Below, in pieces: positions 13,311 through 24,819 of a stretch of 64,000 nucleotides of DNA. Below the pieces are notes generated by a model. It had not been told where the DNA came from, did not search any database, and saw only the letters and a list, made by a program, of their open reading frames with translations. The translations under genes and the position numbers were made by a program. Position 1 is the stretch's first letter; each line of letters starts with the position of its first letter. Source of the stretch: Pristiophorus japonicus. Its lineage: Eukaryota. The DNA lies in assembly GCF_044704955.1 (NCBI RefSeq), contig NC_091984.1:218488001-218552000 (forward strand), given 5' to 3'.

Positions 13311-14497
13311 CTAATCTCTTCCGAATCCATACTTCCCTGGTGCCACGAGGGACAATTCGGGTAAAACTGGGAGGTCGAGGTGAGCATCTTGAACCTGGTT
13401 GTGAACTAGTCGCAGAGCCTGAGTCAGAGAAAGAACATAGGTGGTCATCAGTCGAGCTGAGATCTCATATCTGGGAACAATTTCCCTCATTAACACCTTA
13501 ACAACAGTCTGAGTCTTATTGTCCAGGTTAGGGTAGGCTTCAATCCATCTGCTAAACACATCTACTATTACTAACACATATTTGTAACACTGAACTTTTT
13601 GCAACTCAATGTAGACCAACTGAAATGTCTCAAAGGGACCTTCGGGTAGGGGCGTTTTACCCCATCACAGGGGACTCCCTTCCCTGGATTATGTTGCTGG
13701 CCAACCAGGCAACGACTACTGATGTTCTGGGTGAGCGCCTGGAGTCTAGGGTGCCACCAAGTAGCCAAAAGTGTGTCACTCGTGGTCCTTGCTCCACAAT
13801 GAGTAGCAAAATGCATACATTCAATAACCCATAGAGCCAAGTTGTCAGACATGCAAGTCTGTTCCGCGGGAGTGGTCCAGAGTTTAGAAACATTGTCATA
13901 AGTACATGCATAATATTTCCACAACAGTTTATCTTTTTCAGGAGCGTCCTCCTGTGCTTTTATAACATCTTGGATGGTTGGCATTGGTTTTTCCGAGGCT
14001 AACTTATCCTTCGCAGGATTTTTAGTCTGACTCATAATTTTGGGCACTACCATCTGTTGGTCCCGAGAGGCCTGTTTGGCCTCTTGGTCAGGACAACGAT
14101 TCCCTATATCAACCAGAGAATTTCCGGTAGTATGGGTGGTACATTTGACAATGGCAATGCGTTTGGGGAACATGAGGGCTTGCAACAAATCAGATACTAA
14201 CTGTTTATGAGATATCTCATTCCCCTGTGAGGTTAGGAATCCCCTATTTTTCCATAATTGTCCGAAATCATGGGCCACCCCAAAGGCATACCTAGAGTCG
14301 GTATAGATATTGACTTTGAGATCTTTGGCCAAGATACAGGCTCGGGTGAGGGCGAATAGTTCAGCTTGTTGAGCAGAATAGGCGGTTTCAAAAGCGGCAG
14401 ATTCCAAGACCTGATTCTCCTGGTTTACTATGGCGTATCCTGAGATTCGTGTATCTTCTGGATTAATAGAAGTACTTCCGTCAACATACATAAACAA
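13311..14497 (-). pseudogene. pol: ERV pol 3' part: RNase H and integrase (N-terminal zinc-binding region and partial core)
   Basis: Motifs YVDGS...SAQQAELFAL...YTDSRYAFG (RNase H), HFATHCG, and YVLVIVDVFSRWIEAYP (IN); frameshift near 13600 and an internal deletion. Confidence 0.9.
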
Positions 14498-14762
14498 TCA
14501 TGACTGGGTTCTTCCTCATCTTGGGTTGGCTCAGTAAGAATACAGTCTGGATCTTCCATTGGTACATCAACTAAATCTTCCCTGACTGATGTGGCCTCTT
14601 AAATTAAAGATAAGCAATCATGACTGGGTTCTTCCTCATCTTGGGTTGGCTCAGTAAGAATACAGGCCGGATTAATTGCAGTACAGTGCTGAAAGGTCAG
14701 TTTAGGATTTCAGTGGGTTCTGTCGGATAGAGGGCCAGTCCACATTGCCCTGCACTGGGATC

Positions 14763-15611
14763 TCAATTAATGGGAGTATAACCCACTTGGGAGGGGTCCT
14801 CTGCCCACACATGAGGATTCACATAGTCAGGTATGTCCGAGCCAGTATGATGCTGTAGAGTCGTTAAGACCTTCTCGGGGTCCCCATGAAATTGGACTGT
14901 TCGGCCATGTTTTACGATTTGCACATCCCGGCTGGTAGGGTCAGCCTCATCTATGGCCTTGCGTACCATAACTCCCAAATCTTTAGCATGGTGAGGGGCT
15001 AATACTTCACGAGCAATATGCGGTGCCATTGTTAGGGGCTGTTTCCACAGATTCTTATCCACTTCCACAAAATCTGCCTCTCTTTCCAGTCCAGTCACTC
15101 TAGCCCTTAATAGAATTCCCTTCACTTCCCCTTCGTGATCCTGATAAAAGTTCTGCAGGTCCTGATTCTTTCCACTGGGATCGTATGCTAGGGTCACGTG
15201 ATAGGGTGCCTGCGGCAGGTCCAGAGACCACCACTGAAGGGTTCTAGTGGTATAATACTGCCGCTTAAGGGTTTCCTGTTTTACAATAATCCCATTATCT
15301 CCATACTCCAAATGCAACTGGAATTTGCAAAGGAGGTCTCTAGCCATCAAGTTACAGTCCAGATTGGTTGTGATAACAACTCGATGTTCCACCGAATCTT
15401 CCTGGTAACCCATTTTAACCGGTTCTGACACTGGGAATGTCGAGATTTGTCCCAGGAATCCTGAAAGTTCCTGTGTTTCAATAGAGGCAGGGAGTTTAAG
15501 CTTTGATTGTACAGAAGACATGAAGGCTCCCGTATCTATCAAAAAGGGTTGCCACTCATTCAGAATGGGTTCGTCGTCCGGGGAGGATCCCTGCACAATC
15601 AAGCTGCGTAG
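14763..15611 (-). CDS. pro: ERV protease plus putative 2H phosphoesterase domain (open frame, in frame with gag through a UGA); RT deleted downstream
   Basis: FLIDTGA (DTGA at 15525-15536), NLMARDLL, then YHVTLAY (HVTL 15189-15200) and APHIA (HIA 15012-15020) ...HAKDLGVMV. Confidence 0.8.
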   Translation of the reverse strand, partial: LRSLIVQGSSPDDEPILNEWQPFLIDTGAFMSSVQSKLKLPASIETQELSGFLGQISTFPVSEPVKMGYQEDSVEHRVVITTNLDCNLMARDLLCKFQLHLEYGDNGIIVKQETLKRQYYTTRTLQWWSLDLPQAPYHVTLAYDPSGKNQDLQNFYQDHEGEVKGILLRARVTGLEREADFVEVDKNLWKQPLTMAPHIAREVLAPHHAKDLGVMVRKAIDEADPTSRDVQIVKHGRTVQFHGDPEKVLTTLQHHTGSDIPDYVNPHVWAEDPSQVGYTPIN

Positions 15612-16969
15612 TCAATCGGGGGACAATTGACCAAAGGGGTTGTTCTGGGAGAAGTTAGTGTAAGATCCTCCTCTCCCCCCTTGCCCCCCTCCTCTTCCTC
15701 CTCTTCCTTTTCCATGCTGACGGTAGGGGCAATTTTTATTCCAATGTCCTTCCTGCCCACAATTAAAACAGTCAATTCCTCTTACCCAGTCCCGGCCTCT
15801 TCCCATACCATGCCGGGGACAATAGGGAGGTTTATTAGCAGGGCTCGGGCCGTTTGGTTGTTTGTATAACCGTATCCTTGCTTATCCATCCAATTGATCC
15901 TTCCTCCCGAGATGGCTCTTCCTTTCTAGTCATGTATTCAGTCTTGACCCGGGTTGGGGGCGCACCTCCCCCCTCCCCTTTCTTTTCCTGCCAATAATAT
16001 CTAACTGCCCTTTCTATTTGTCCGGATAGCGTGAGCAATCAAATAGTTGTTCGAAGATCACATAGACATCTATAGTGGGGTGGTCTGCAGCTTGTTGTGC
16101 ATCAGGGTTTGGCATTGGTCTGACAGGGAATTGGTGTCCGGACTTTGGGATCTTGGAAATCATTTTTAGGTCGGAGGATGTTTCGGAGCTGTCTGACTGC
16201 TTGACAGTTCTGTGTCTCGATCGGCGGGGGTGTTTGCTATGTTTTTCACAACTTGGACTGGTAGATTGACTAGAAGATTTACGGGACTGTCTGTGATGTC
16301 GAGATATAGTTCTGCCCTTTCGAGTATGAGATCTGGTTCTTTCGGCTATATTGCTTGTGAACTGGGGATCCGAATCGCTATCAGAGGATGAGGAGTCAGT
16401 TTGGGTTTCTTACTTTGGTGATATGGGGTTGTTCCTAACTCTTTTCGCCGGAGTGTTAGGTGGAGGGTGTTGGGAAGAGGACTGGAGCAAGAGGCCAGGG
16501 GGTGCGGGAGGCGCCGTTGGGCGCTGAGTCAGTGGCCACTCATCAATTTCATCATCAGCCTCGGTTAACACAAAGCCAGCCATTTTTACTACGTAGTCGG
16601 TCAATACCTTTCTTAGAGGTCCCAGAGGATCTCTTAGTAAGTTTCTCGTGCGCACATTCTTTTTTTAAGACGTCTATAGTTTTAACATGTGTTCCCTCTA
16701 TCAATGCAAGTCCTAATTTAATAGCATTTGTTTGCCAACTTGACAGAAGTGATGCATCTTTTAATTAATTTTTTTTTTAACAATCCCTGTGCTTTTATTT
16801 TTACTACCTCTACGCTTCGAGTGCCACCTAGAGGCCACTGGTCATCTCCTAATAATTTGTTCAGGGCTCCTGATAATTTTCTAAAGTCTTCAGCTCTTTC
16901 AGGGAATTCCTCACATAGCTTTTGTAGCGGACTATCCGCATCTGTTGTTTTATCCAACTGATTACCCAT
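15612..16969 (-). pseudogene. gag: ERV gag remnant
   Basis: MGNQ myristoylation start (16969), WPLGGT, PTAP late domain (16509-16520), CCHC knuckle CFNCGQEGHWNKNC (15729-15770); frameshifted, with the capsid largely missing. Confidence 0.85.
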
Positions 16970-17109
16970 TTTCAAGCTGCCCCTCGTATTACCGTGTCGT
17001 TACGCATTCGTGTCGTCATGCAATTTAAACAAACTTAAAAATAGACACAGACTTTACAGAAACTAACACTGACTTTTAACCAACTCCAAATAAACAAACT
17101 TTACTAATG

Positions 17110-17950
17110 CTAACACTGATCCGCATCGCCACGCGGTTCGCGTCGCCACGCGATTTAGAATACTTAAGACTCCCACGTCGCCCCGCAGTTCACGTCGCCG
17201 CGCAATCCGCGTTGCCTCGCAGTTCACGTCGCCACGCAATCCGCGTCGCCCCGTGGCTCGCGTCGCCGCGCGATTAGAATACTTAAGATTTAAAACACAA
17301 GATAAACAAAGACTTCTAACACTGATCCGCGTCGCCACGCGGTTCGCGTCGCCGCGCGATTTAGAACACTTAAGATTCCCGCGTCGCCCCGCGGTTCACG
17401 TCGCCGCGCGATTAGAATACTTAAGACTTAAAACACAAGATAAACAAAGACTTCTAACACTGATCCGCGTCGCCGCGCAGTTCGCGTCGCCGCGCGATTT
17501 AGAACACTTAAGATTCCCGCGTCGCCCCGCGGTTCGCGTCGCCGCGCGATTAGAATACTTAAGACTTTAAAACACTGAAGACTTTAAAACACTTAAAACT
17601 AATAAAGACTTACTGACACTAGCACTGACTTTCGCGGTCCGCATTGCTGCGCCTTCGCTTTGGCCCACGTTTACTCGGGTGCATGCTGCCGCACGTCCCA
17701 CGTCACCACGTGTTCACGCTGCCGTGCGTCTGCGTCAGCCCTCCTTTACTCGGCCGCACTCTTGTGCCGCTGTGCGTCTGCGTCACTGCGCGTTCGCTTC
17801 ACTACGCGTTAGCGTCGCTGCGCGTTCGCGTCACTACGCGTTAGCGTCGCTGCGCGTTCGCGTCGGCCCTTCTCCTCTCGGCCGCACGCTCGCGCCGTTG
17901 TGCATCTCGCGTCGTTTGCGCGTCTGCGCCGCTGCGCGTTTGCGTCGGCC
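17110..17950. repeat. CpG-rich tandem repeats in the ERV 5' leader (138-bp unit about 2.3 times, plus short CGCG-rich units)
   Basis: The repeated unit is visible in ORF 17253..17570 as the same 46-codon block twice. Confidence 0.85.
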
Positions 17951-19097
17951 CTACCTTCCGAGTTGCTGCAGGTTTTTAAATTCAATCAGAGCCTAGACGG
18001 GCCAAGTGATATACAAGGTCGACGTCGTACCTGAGTTGAACACCTATTTCTAAATTTAATTCCCCATTTTATTCCCTGTGAGCCTAATTTTCTAAATTTG
18101 ATTTCTTATGAGCCTTAATTAATTTCTTTCAGTCTCCAAATTTCCCTATCCTTTTGCGTTACTGCGCAGTTTAAATTCAATCAGTCAATGAAAGCCCTAA
18201 TTTAATGGAGTTTTTCTGCCAACTGGACAGGAGTGATTTTTTTTTTACTGCAGTGGAATTTTTCTCATAATTTAAAATCTCAGAACATTTTTTTTTTCAG
18301 CACCTATTTAGTACGTTACTTTTTTTTTATAACTAGAGAGAAGTCTGGCACGTAGGCTGTGGACTGCTTTTCGTTATCTCAATTGTTCCAGTCGTATTAT
18401 TTAATATAATTTTTTTTTTAATCCTTTTGAATCCATCTCAGTTGTTTTGCTGTGCCTTCTCTGAATGTTTTCTTTCAACAAGTTTTTCTTTTTTTTAACC
18501 ACCGGGACCATGTAATTTTTTCTTTTTTTTTTCAACAAACCTATCCTTTGTGCATTTCCTGGCTCCGTAACTTATCATCCGAATATACGTAATTCAATAA
18601 GGTTCACACTCTTAAACTTCCCACATACAGGACAACACTACGAAGGGTTAAAACAAACTTTCATTCTGTTTGAGATAAAACAAACCACAACTCCCCGGCT
18701 TTTTTTTTTACAGTAAAAATCACACAAGCATTTCTCATTTAAACAGACATTCACAAGAGTCTCTTTTCTTTCCTATCAATTTTTGGATCCATGATTGATC
18801 ATCCATCCCTATCTAGCTCTAACTATCTTTCCAAGTCGCCGCTTGGTTTGCGTCATCGCGCAATTTCCCTATCTCTATCCCTATTCTAAGTTTGAAAGGT
18901 ATTCACCAGATTGTCCTGGATCTCGTTCAGACACTACCTGAGAACCAGCGAGTGGCTAAACTTTCCTCAGACTTTTGAAACCGGGGGAAACTGGAGCAGT
19001 ATTGAAATCATACTCACTCCAGTGGCCACTTTCCCCTCGTCTCGTCCAAGGCTAGTCTGGCTCTTAATTTGCAAGTTTTCGGCAGTCGTCCGTTGAG

Positions 19098-19115
19098 ATC
19101 CCACTTCTGACACCA
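19098..19115 (-). promoter_or_regulatory. ERV primer-binding site complementary to the tRNA-Leu(CAA) 3' end
   Basis: The minus strand reads TGGTGTCAGAAGTGGGAT, 2 nt downstream of the 5' LTR. Confidence 0.85.
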
Positions 19116-22100
19116 AATGTTAATTCCTGGATTCTTTTATCTCAATCTGGTTCAGTAAAATTACTGAGTCGAATACCTCTTGTGCTTTGAACAAAGCAGT
19201 CTTTATTACCGGCCAGTAAGACCTATCAGACAGAAGATATACTCTCTGGATAGAGCGTACACACTCCCTACGGATAGGTGAAGTTACATCGTAAAGCGTC
19301 AACAGTTATACAGTTTTGAAATCAGATAACAAAATACAATTAGATTGACATTCTAACTCAGCCACTCATTAGTCAATCTATATGAGATGTTTTTATGAAA
19401 GCTCAAGCATTGCCTCTAAATGTTTCAATCTAATGGTGCGATTATTAGCTGAGACCTTGCAATTCTGCAGATTTATTTCATGTTACAATTAGATGTTATT
19501 GGTAGGATTAGTGACTTGAAACCTTGAGAAAGACTGTTAGCTATGCTGATGTTGCACTATTTGCAATCTGACATTCTCCCAGCTATTCTTCCATGGCTTA
19601 TACATTTTCATATATCCCGTTTACTTTACTGTCCTTAATTCCATATATTCCGTTCAGATATCCACAGTTACAGTTTGTGAACCTGAAAATGATCCATTTA
19701 TCCTGACTCTGTTTTCTATTAGCAAGCCAATCCTCTATCTATGTTAATATATTACCCCCAACACCACGACCTTTTATCTTGTGCAGTAACCTTTTATGTG
19801 GCACCTTTTGGAGATCCAAATACACAACATCTACTGGGTCCCCTTTATCCACCCTGCTCGTTACATCCTCAAGGAACTCTTAATAAATTTGTCAAACATG
19901 ATTTCCCTTTCAAAAAACCATGTTGACTGTATTATGATTTCCTAAATGTCCTGCTACTACTTCCTCAATAATGGACTCCAGCATTTTCCCAATGATAGAT
20001 GTTAGGCTAACTGGCCTATAGATTCCTGCTCTCTGTCTCCCTCCTTTCTTGAATAGGGGCATTACATTTGTGGTAATGGGGGAGTGAGAGAGACCGTGGA
20101 GCGTGTTCTGATTGTGGGGGGAGTGTCCTGATTGCGGAAGTGAAATCGCAGGGGACGGTCCCATTCGCGGAGTGGGTCCTGATTGCGGGGGGAAATTCTG
20201 ATTGAGGTAGGGCCCGATTACGGGGGCCGGGGGAGGAGGGGAATGGGTTCCCGATCGCAGGAGGGGGGCGGTCCTAATCCAGTAATCTTTGCAACATTGT
20301 ACGCCTTTTCTTTCAATTTGATACCATCCTTAACTTCCTTAGTTAGCCACGTAGTCTTTCTTTCTGACTGGAATATATCTTTGCTGAGAGTTATAAAATA
20401 TCTCCTTAAATGTCTGTCACTGGTTATCTGTCTTACCTTTTAATCTATTTTTCCAGCCCACCTCAGCCAACTCTGGCTTCATACCTTTGTAATTGCCTTT
20501 ATTTAAGTTTAAGAGACTAGTTTCAGACCCAAGTTTCTTAACCTCAAACTGAATGTGAATTTCTATCATATGATCACTCATCCCTAGGGAATCCTTTCAT
20601 ATGAGATCATTAATTAATCCTGTCTCATTGCACATTACCAGATCTAAAATAGCCTGTTCCCTGGTTGGTTACACAACATATTGTTCTAAGAAACTGTCTC
20701 CGCAATCAGAACCCGCCCCCCACAATCAGGCACGTCCCACGATCTCTCACACCCCCACTACCGCAAATGTAATGCCCCTATTCAAGAAAAATATATTCCA
20801 GTGAGGAGGAAAGGGTGTAAGAGAAAAGATAGCCATCCGTGGCTAACTAAAGCAATAAAGGACGGTATCCAATTAAAAACAAGGGCCTACAAAGTGGCAA
20901 AACTAGTGGGAGGACAGAAGACTGGGAAGCTTTTAAAAGCCAGCAAAGAATGACTAAAAAAATTATTAAGAAAGGGAAGATAGACTATAAAAGTAAACTA
21001 GCACAAAATATAAAAACAGATAGCAAGGGTTTCTATAGGTATATAAAAAGGGAAAGAGTGGCTAAAGTAAATGTTGGTCCCTCAGAGGATGAGATCGGGG
21101 AATTAGTGATGGGGAATATGGAGATGGCAGAAAATCTGAACAAGTATTTTGTATCAGTCTTTACGGTAGAGGACACTAACAATATCCCAACAGTGGATAG
21201 TCAAGAGGCTTTAGGGGAGGGAGGAACTTAACACAATCACAATCACAATCACTAAGGAGGTGGTACTCAGTAAGATAATGGGACTAAAGGAAGATAAATC
21301 CCCTGGACCTGATGGCTTGCATCCCAGGGTCTTAAGAGAAGTAGCGGCAGGGATTGTGGATGCATTGGTTGTAATTTACCAAAATTCCCTGGATTCTGGG
21401 GAGGACCTAGCAGATTTGAAAACTGCAACTGTAACACCCCTATTTAAAAAAGGAGGCAGACAAAAAGCAGGAAACTATAGACCAGTTAGCCTAACATCTG
21501 TGGTTGGGAAAATGTTGGAGTATATTATTAAACAAGCAGTAGCAGGACATTTGGAAAAGCATAATTCGGTCAGACAGAGTCAGCATGGATTTATGAAGGG
21601 GAAGTCATGTTTGACAAATTTGCTGGAATTCTTTGAAGATGTAACGAACAGGGTGGATAAAGGAGAATCAGTGGATGTGGTGTATTTGGACTTCCAGAAG
21701 GCATTTGACAAGGTGCCACATAAAAGGTTACTGCACAAGATAAAAGTTTCCGGGGTTGGGGATAATATATTAGCATGGATAGAGGATTGGTTAGCTAACA
21801 GAAAACAGAGAGTCGGGATAAATGGGTCATTCTCGGGTTGGCAATCAGTAACTAGTGGGATGCGCGGGGATCAGTGCTGGGACACCAACTATTTACAATC
21901 TTTTTTTAACGACTTGGATGAAGGGAATAGTGCCACATAGCCAAGTTTGCTGATGATGCAAAGATGGGAGGAAAAGCAATGTGTGAGGAGGACACACAAA
22001 ATCTGCAAAAAGACATAGACAGGCTAAGTGAGTGGGCAAAAATAATGTTGGAAAGTGTGAGGTCATGCACTTTGGTAGAAAAAAATCAAGGAGCAAGTTA

Positions 22101-24819
22101 TTATTTAAATGGAGAAAGATTGCAAAGTGTTGCAGTACAGAGGGACCTGAGGGTACTTGTGCATGAAACACAAAAGGTAAGTGTTATGTCTCAAATAAAG
22201 CAATGTGACTAAGTACTGTAGACGTGACTAAGTGTGACCTTAGTCTCTTTATTCTAACTCCAGAGTGCTGATACAGCATGGGAGGCCTGCTTATATACAG
22301 TGCTCCAAGGGATGCTGAGATCCCTTGGGACTCCAACAGGTATGCCCTCTGGTTGGTTACATAGTGTTGCATACATAACATCAATCCCCCCCCAAAGTCA
22401 ATAGTACATTTATTTACAGGGTGAGACGATCTGGGGCTTTCCGCTCCCTAGTCGATCGTCTCGGTACAAACACAGGTGCAGGTGAGTTGGTTGGGCCTTC
22501 GCTGGGCTGCTGTGCAGCTGGCCTTGCTGGGCTGCTGGGGATGATGAGTTCAGCTTCGTGGTCAACCGTGATGTCGGTTGCCACTTGTGTGTGTATCGGA
22601 GGGTCGAAGTTGGTGGTGCCCTCTGTAGGTTGCTCGTGGCTGTTTGTGAATCGCAGTTTGGTTTAGTCTAAATGCTTTCTGCAAGCTAGTCCATTTGCGA
22701 GTTTGACTTGAAACACCCTACTCCCTTCTTTGGCTATGACGGTGCCAGAAAGTCATTTGGGACCATGTCCATAATTGAGCACAAATACAGGGTCATTTAC
22801 TTCAATATCGCGCTACAAAATTGCGCGATCATGGTACATGCTTTGTTGATGCCACCTGCCCTCGACATGATCATGGAGATCAGGGTGGACTAGAGAGAGC
22901 CTTGTTTTGAGTGCCCTTTTCATGAGCAGTTCGGCAGGGGGAACCCCGGTGAGCGAGTGGGGTCTAGTGCGGTAGCTGAGCAGGACTCGGGACAGGCGGG
23001 TCTGCAGGGAGCTTTCCGACATGCGTTTCAAGATGGTTTGGACTGCCCGTTCTGCCTGGCTGTTGGATGCAGACTTGAACGGGGCAGATGTGACATGCTT
23101 GATCACATTGCGGGTCATGAATTCCTTGAATTCAGTGGTGGTGAAGCACGACCCATTGTCGCTGACAAGGACATCAGGCAGGCCGTGCATGACAAACATG
23201 GCTCGTAGGTTTTCGATGGTGGCAGTGGATGTGCTAACAGACATTATTACACACTCAATCTATTTTGAATAAGCATCCACAACAACCAAGAACATTTTAC
23301 CGAGAAACAGGCCAGCGAAGTCAACGTGGATCCTAGACCACGGTTTGCAGGGCCATGACCACAAACTTAGCGGTGCCTCCCTGGGTGCATTGCTCAGTTG
23401 AGAGCAAATGTTGCATTGGCGCACGCAAGACTCCAAATCTGAGTCAATGCCAAGCCACCACATATGGGATCTGGCTATAGCTTTCATCATTACTATGCCT
23501 GGGTGGATACTGTGTAAGTCGTGTATGAATGTTTCCCTGTCATTCTTGGGCAAAACCACGCGATTACCCCACAAAAGACAGTCCGCCTGTATGGACATTT
23601 CGTCTTTGCACCACTGGAACGGCTTGATCTCTTCATGCATCTTCGCTGGGACGCTGGATCAGCTCCCATGGAGGACACAGTTTTTTTACAAGGGACAGTA
23701 AAGGATCCTGGCTGGTCCAGGTCCAGATCTGGCGAGCCGTAACGGGTGACTTTTTGTTTTCAAATGCATCCATCACAAGAGCAAGTCTGCAGGCTGTGCC
23801 ATTTCCACCCCGGTGGTGGGCAATGGTAGCTGACTGAGGGTGTCAACGCAGTTCTCTGTGCCTGGCCCTGTGGTGAATTACATAGTTATATGCAGACAGT
23901 GTGAGCACCCATCTTTGGATGCAAACAGAGGCATTGGTATTAATACCTTTGCTCTCTGAGAATAGCAATATGAGTGGCTTATGGTCAGTTTCTAACTCAA
24001 ACTTAAGCCCAAACAGATACTGGTGCATTTTTTTTACCCCGTAAATGTCAGAGCTTCTTTTTCAATCATGCTGTAGGCCCTTTCGGCCTTGGACAAGCTC
24101 CTGGATGCATAAGCGACGGTTGCAATGTTCCCGATTCGTTTGCCTGTTGTAATACACACCTGACCCCGTACGAAGATGCATCGCAAGCTAGCACTAAACG
24201 TTTACATGGGTCATACAGAACAAGCAATTTGTTGGAACATAACAGATTTCTGGCTTTCTCAAAAGCAATCTCTTGTGATTTTCCCCATACCCAGTCAGTT
24301 CCCTTGCGTAGCAACACATATAGAGGTTCTAGCAAGGTGCTTAACCCGGGTAGGAAATTACCAAAATAATTGAGGAGTCTCAGGAACGACAGCAGCTCCG
24401 TCATGTTCTGTGGTCTCGGCGCATTCTTGATAGCCTCCGTCTTGGCGTCAGTGGGTCTGATGCCGTTTGCCGCGATTCTTCTCCCTAAGAACTTGACCTC
24501 TGGCACCAGGAAAACACACTTCGAGCATTTCAAGCTGAGTCCCACACGATCTAGCTGACTTAGAACCTCTTCCAGGTTCTGCAAGTGTTTGATGGTGTCC
24601 CGACCTGTGATCAATATGTCGTCCTGGAAAACCACGGTGCGCGGAACCGACTTTAGCAGACTCTCCATGTTCCTTTGAAAAATAGCCGCGTCCAATTGAA
24701 TCCCAAACGGGCATCTATTGTAGATGAACAGATCTTTGCAGGTGAGGCCTTTCGAAGATTCGGCCAGCTCTTACATCATGTAGGCTGAGGTCAGGTCCAA
24801 CTTGGTGAATGCCTTCCCT

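Larger units (their letters stand above)
12247..19666 (-). mobile_element. Endogenous retrovirus (class I, epsilon-like), internally deleted provirus; 5' LTR 19118-19666, 3' LTR 12247-12761
   Basis: Near-identical LTRs (34-bp indel); 4-bp TSD GTTA; tRNA-Leu PBS at 19098-19115; PPT next to 12762. Retains gag fragments, protease, RNase H and part of integrase. Confidence 0.95.

Noticed and set aside
17253-17570. Repetitive 105-aa ORF or CRISPR-like array
   Set aside because: Tandem repeat in the ERV leader with no unique spacers, antisense to the provirus, in eukaryotic DNA.
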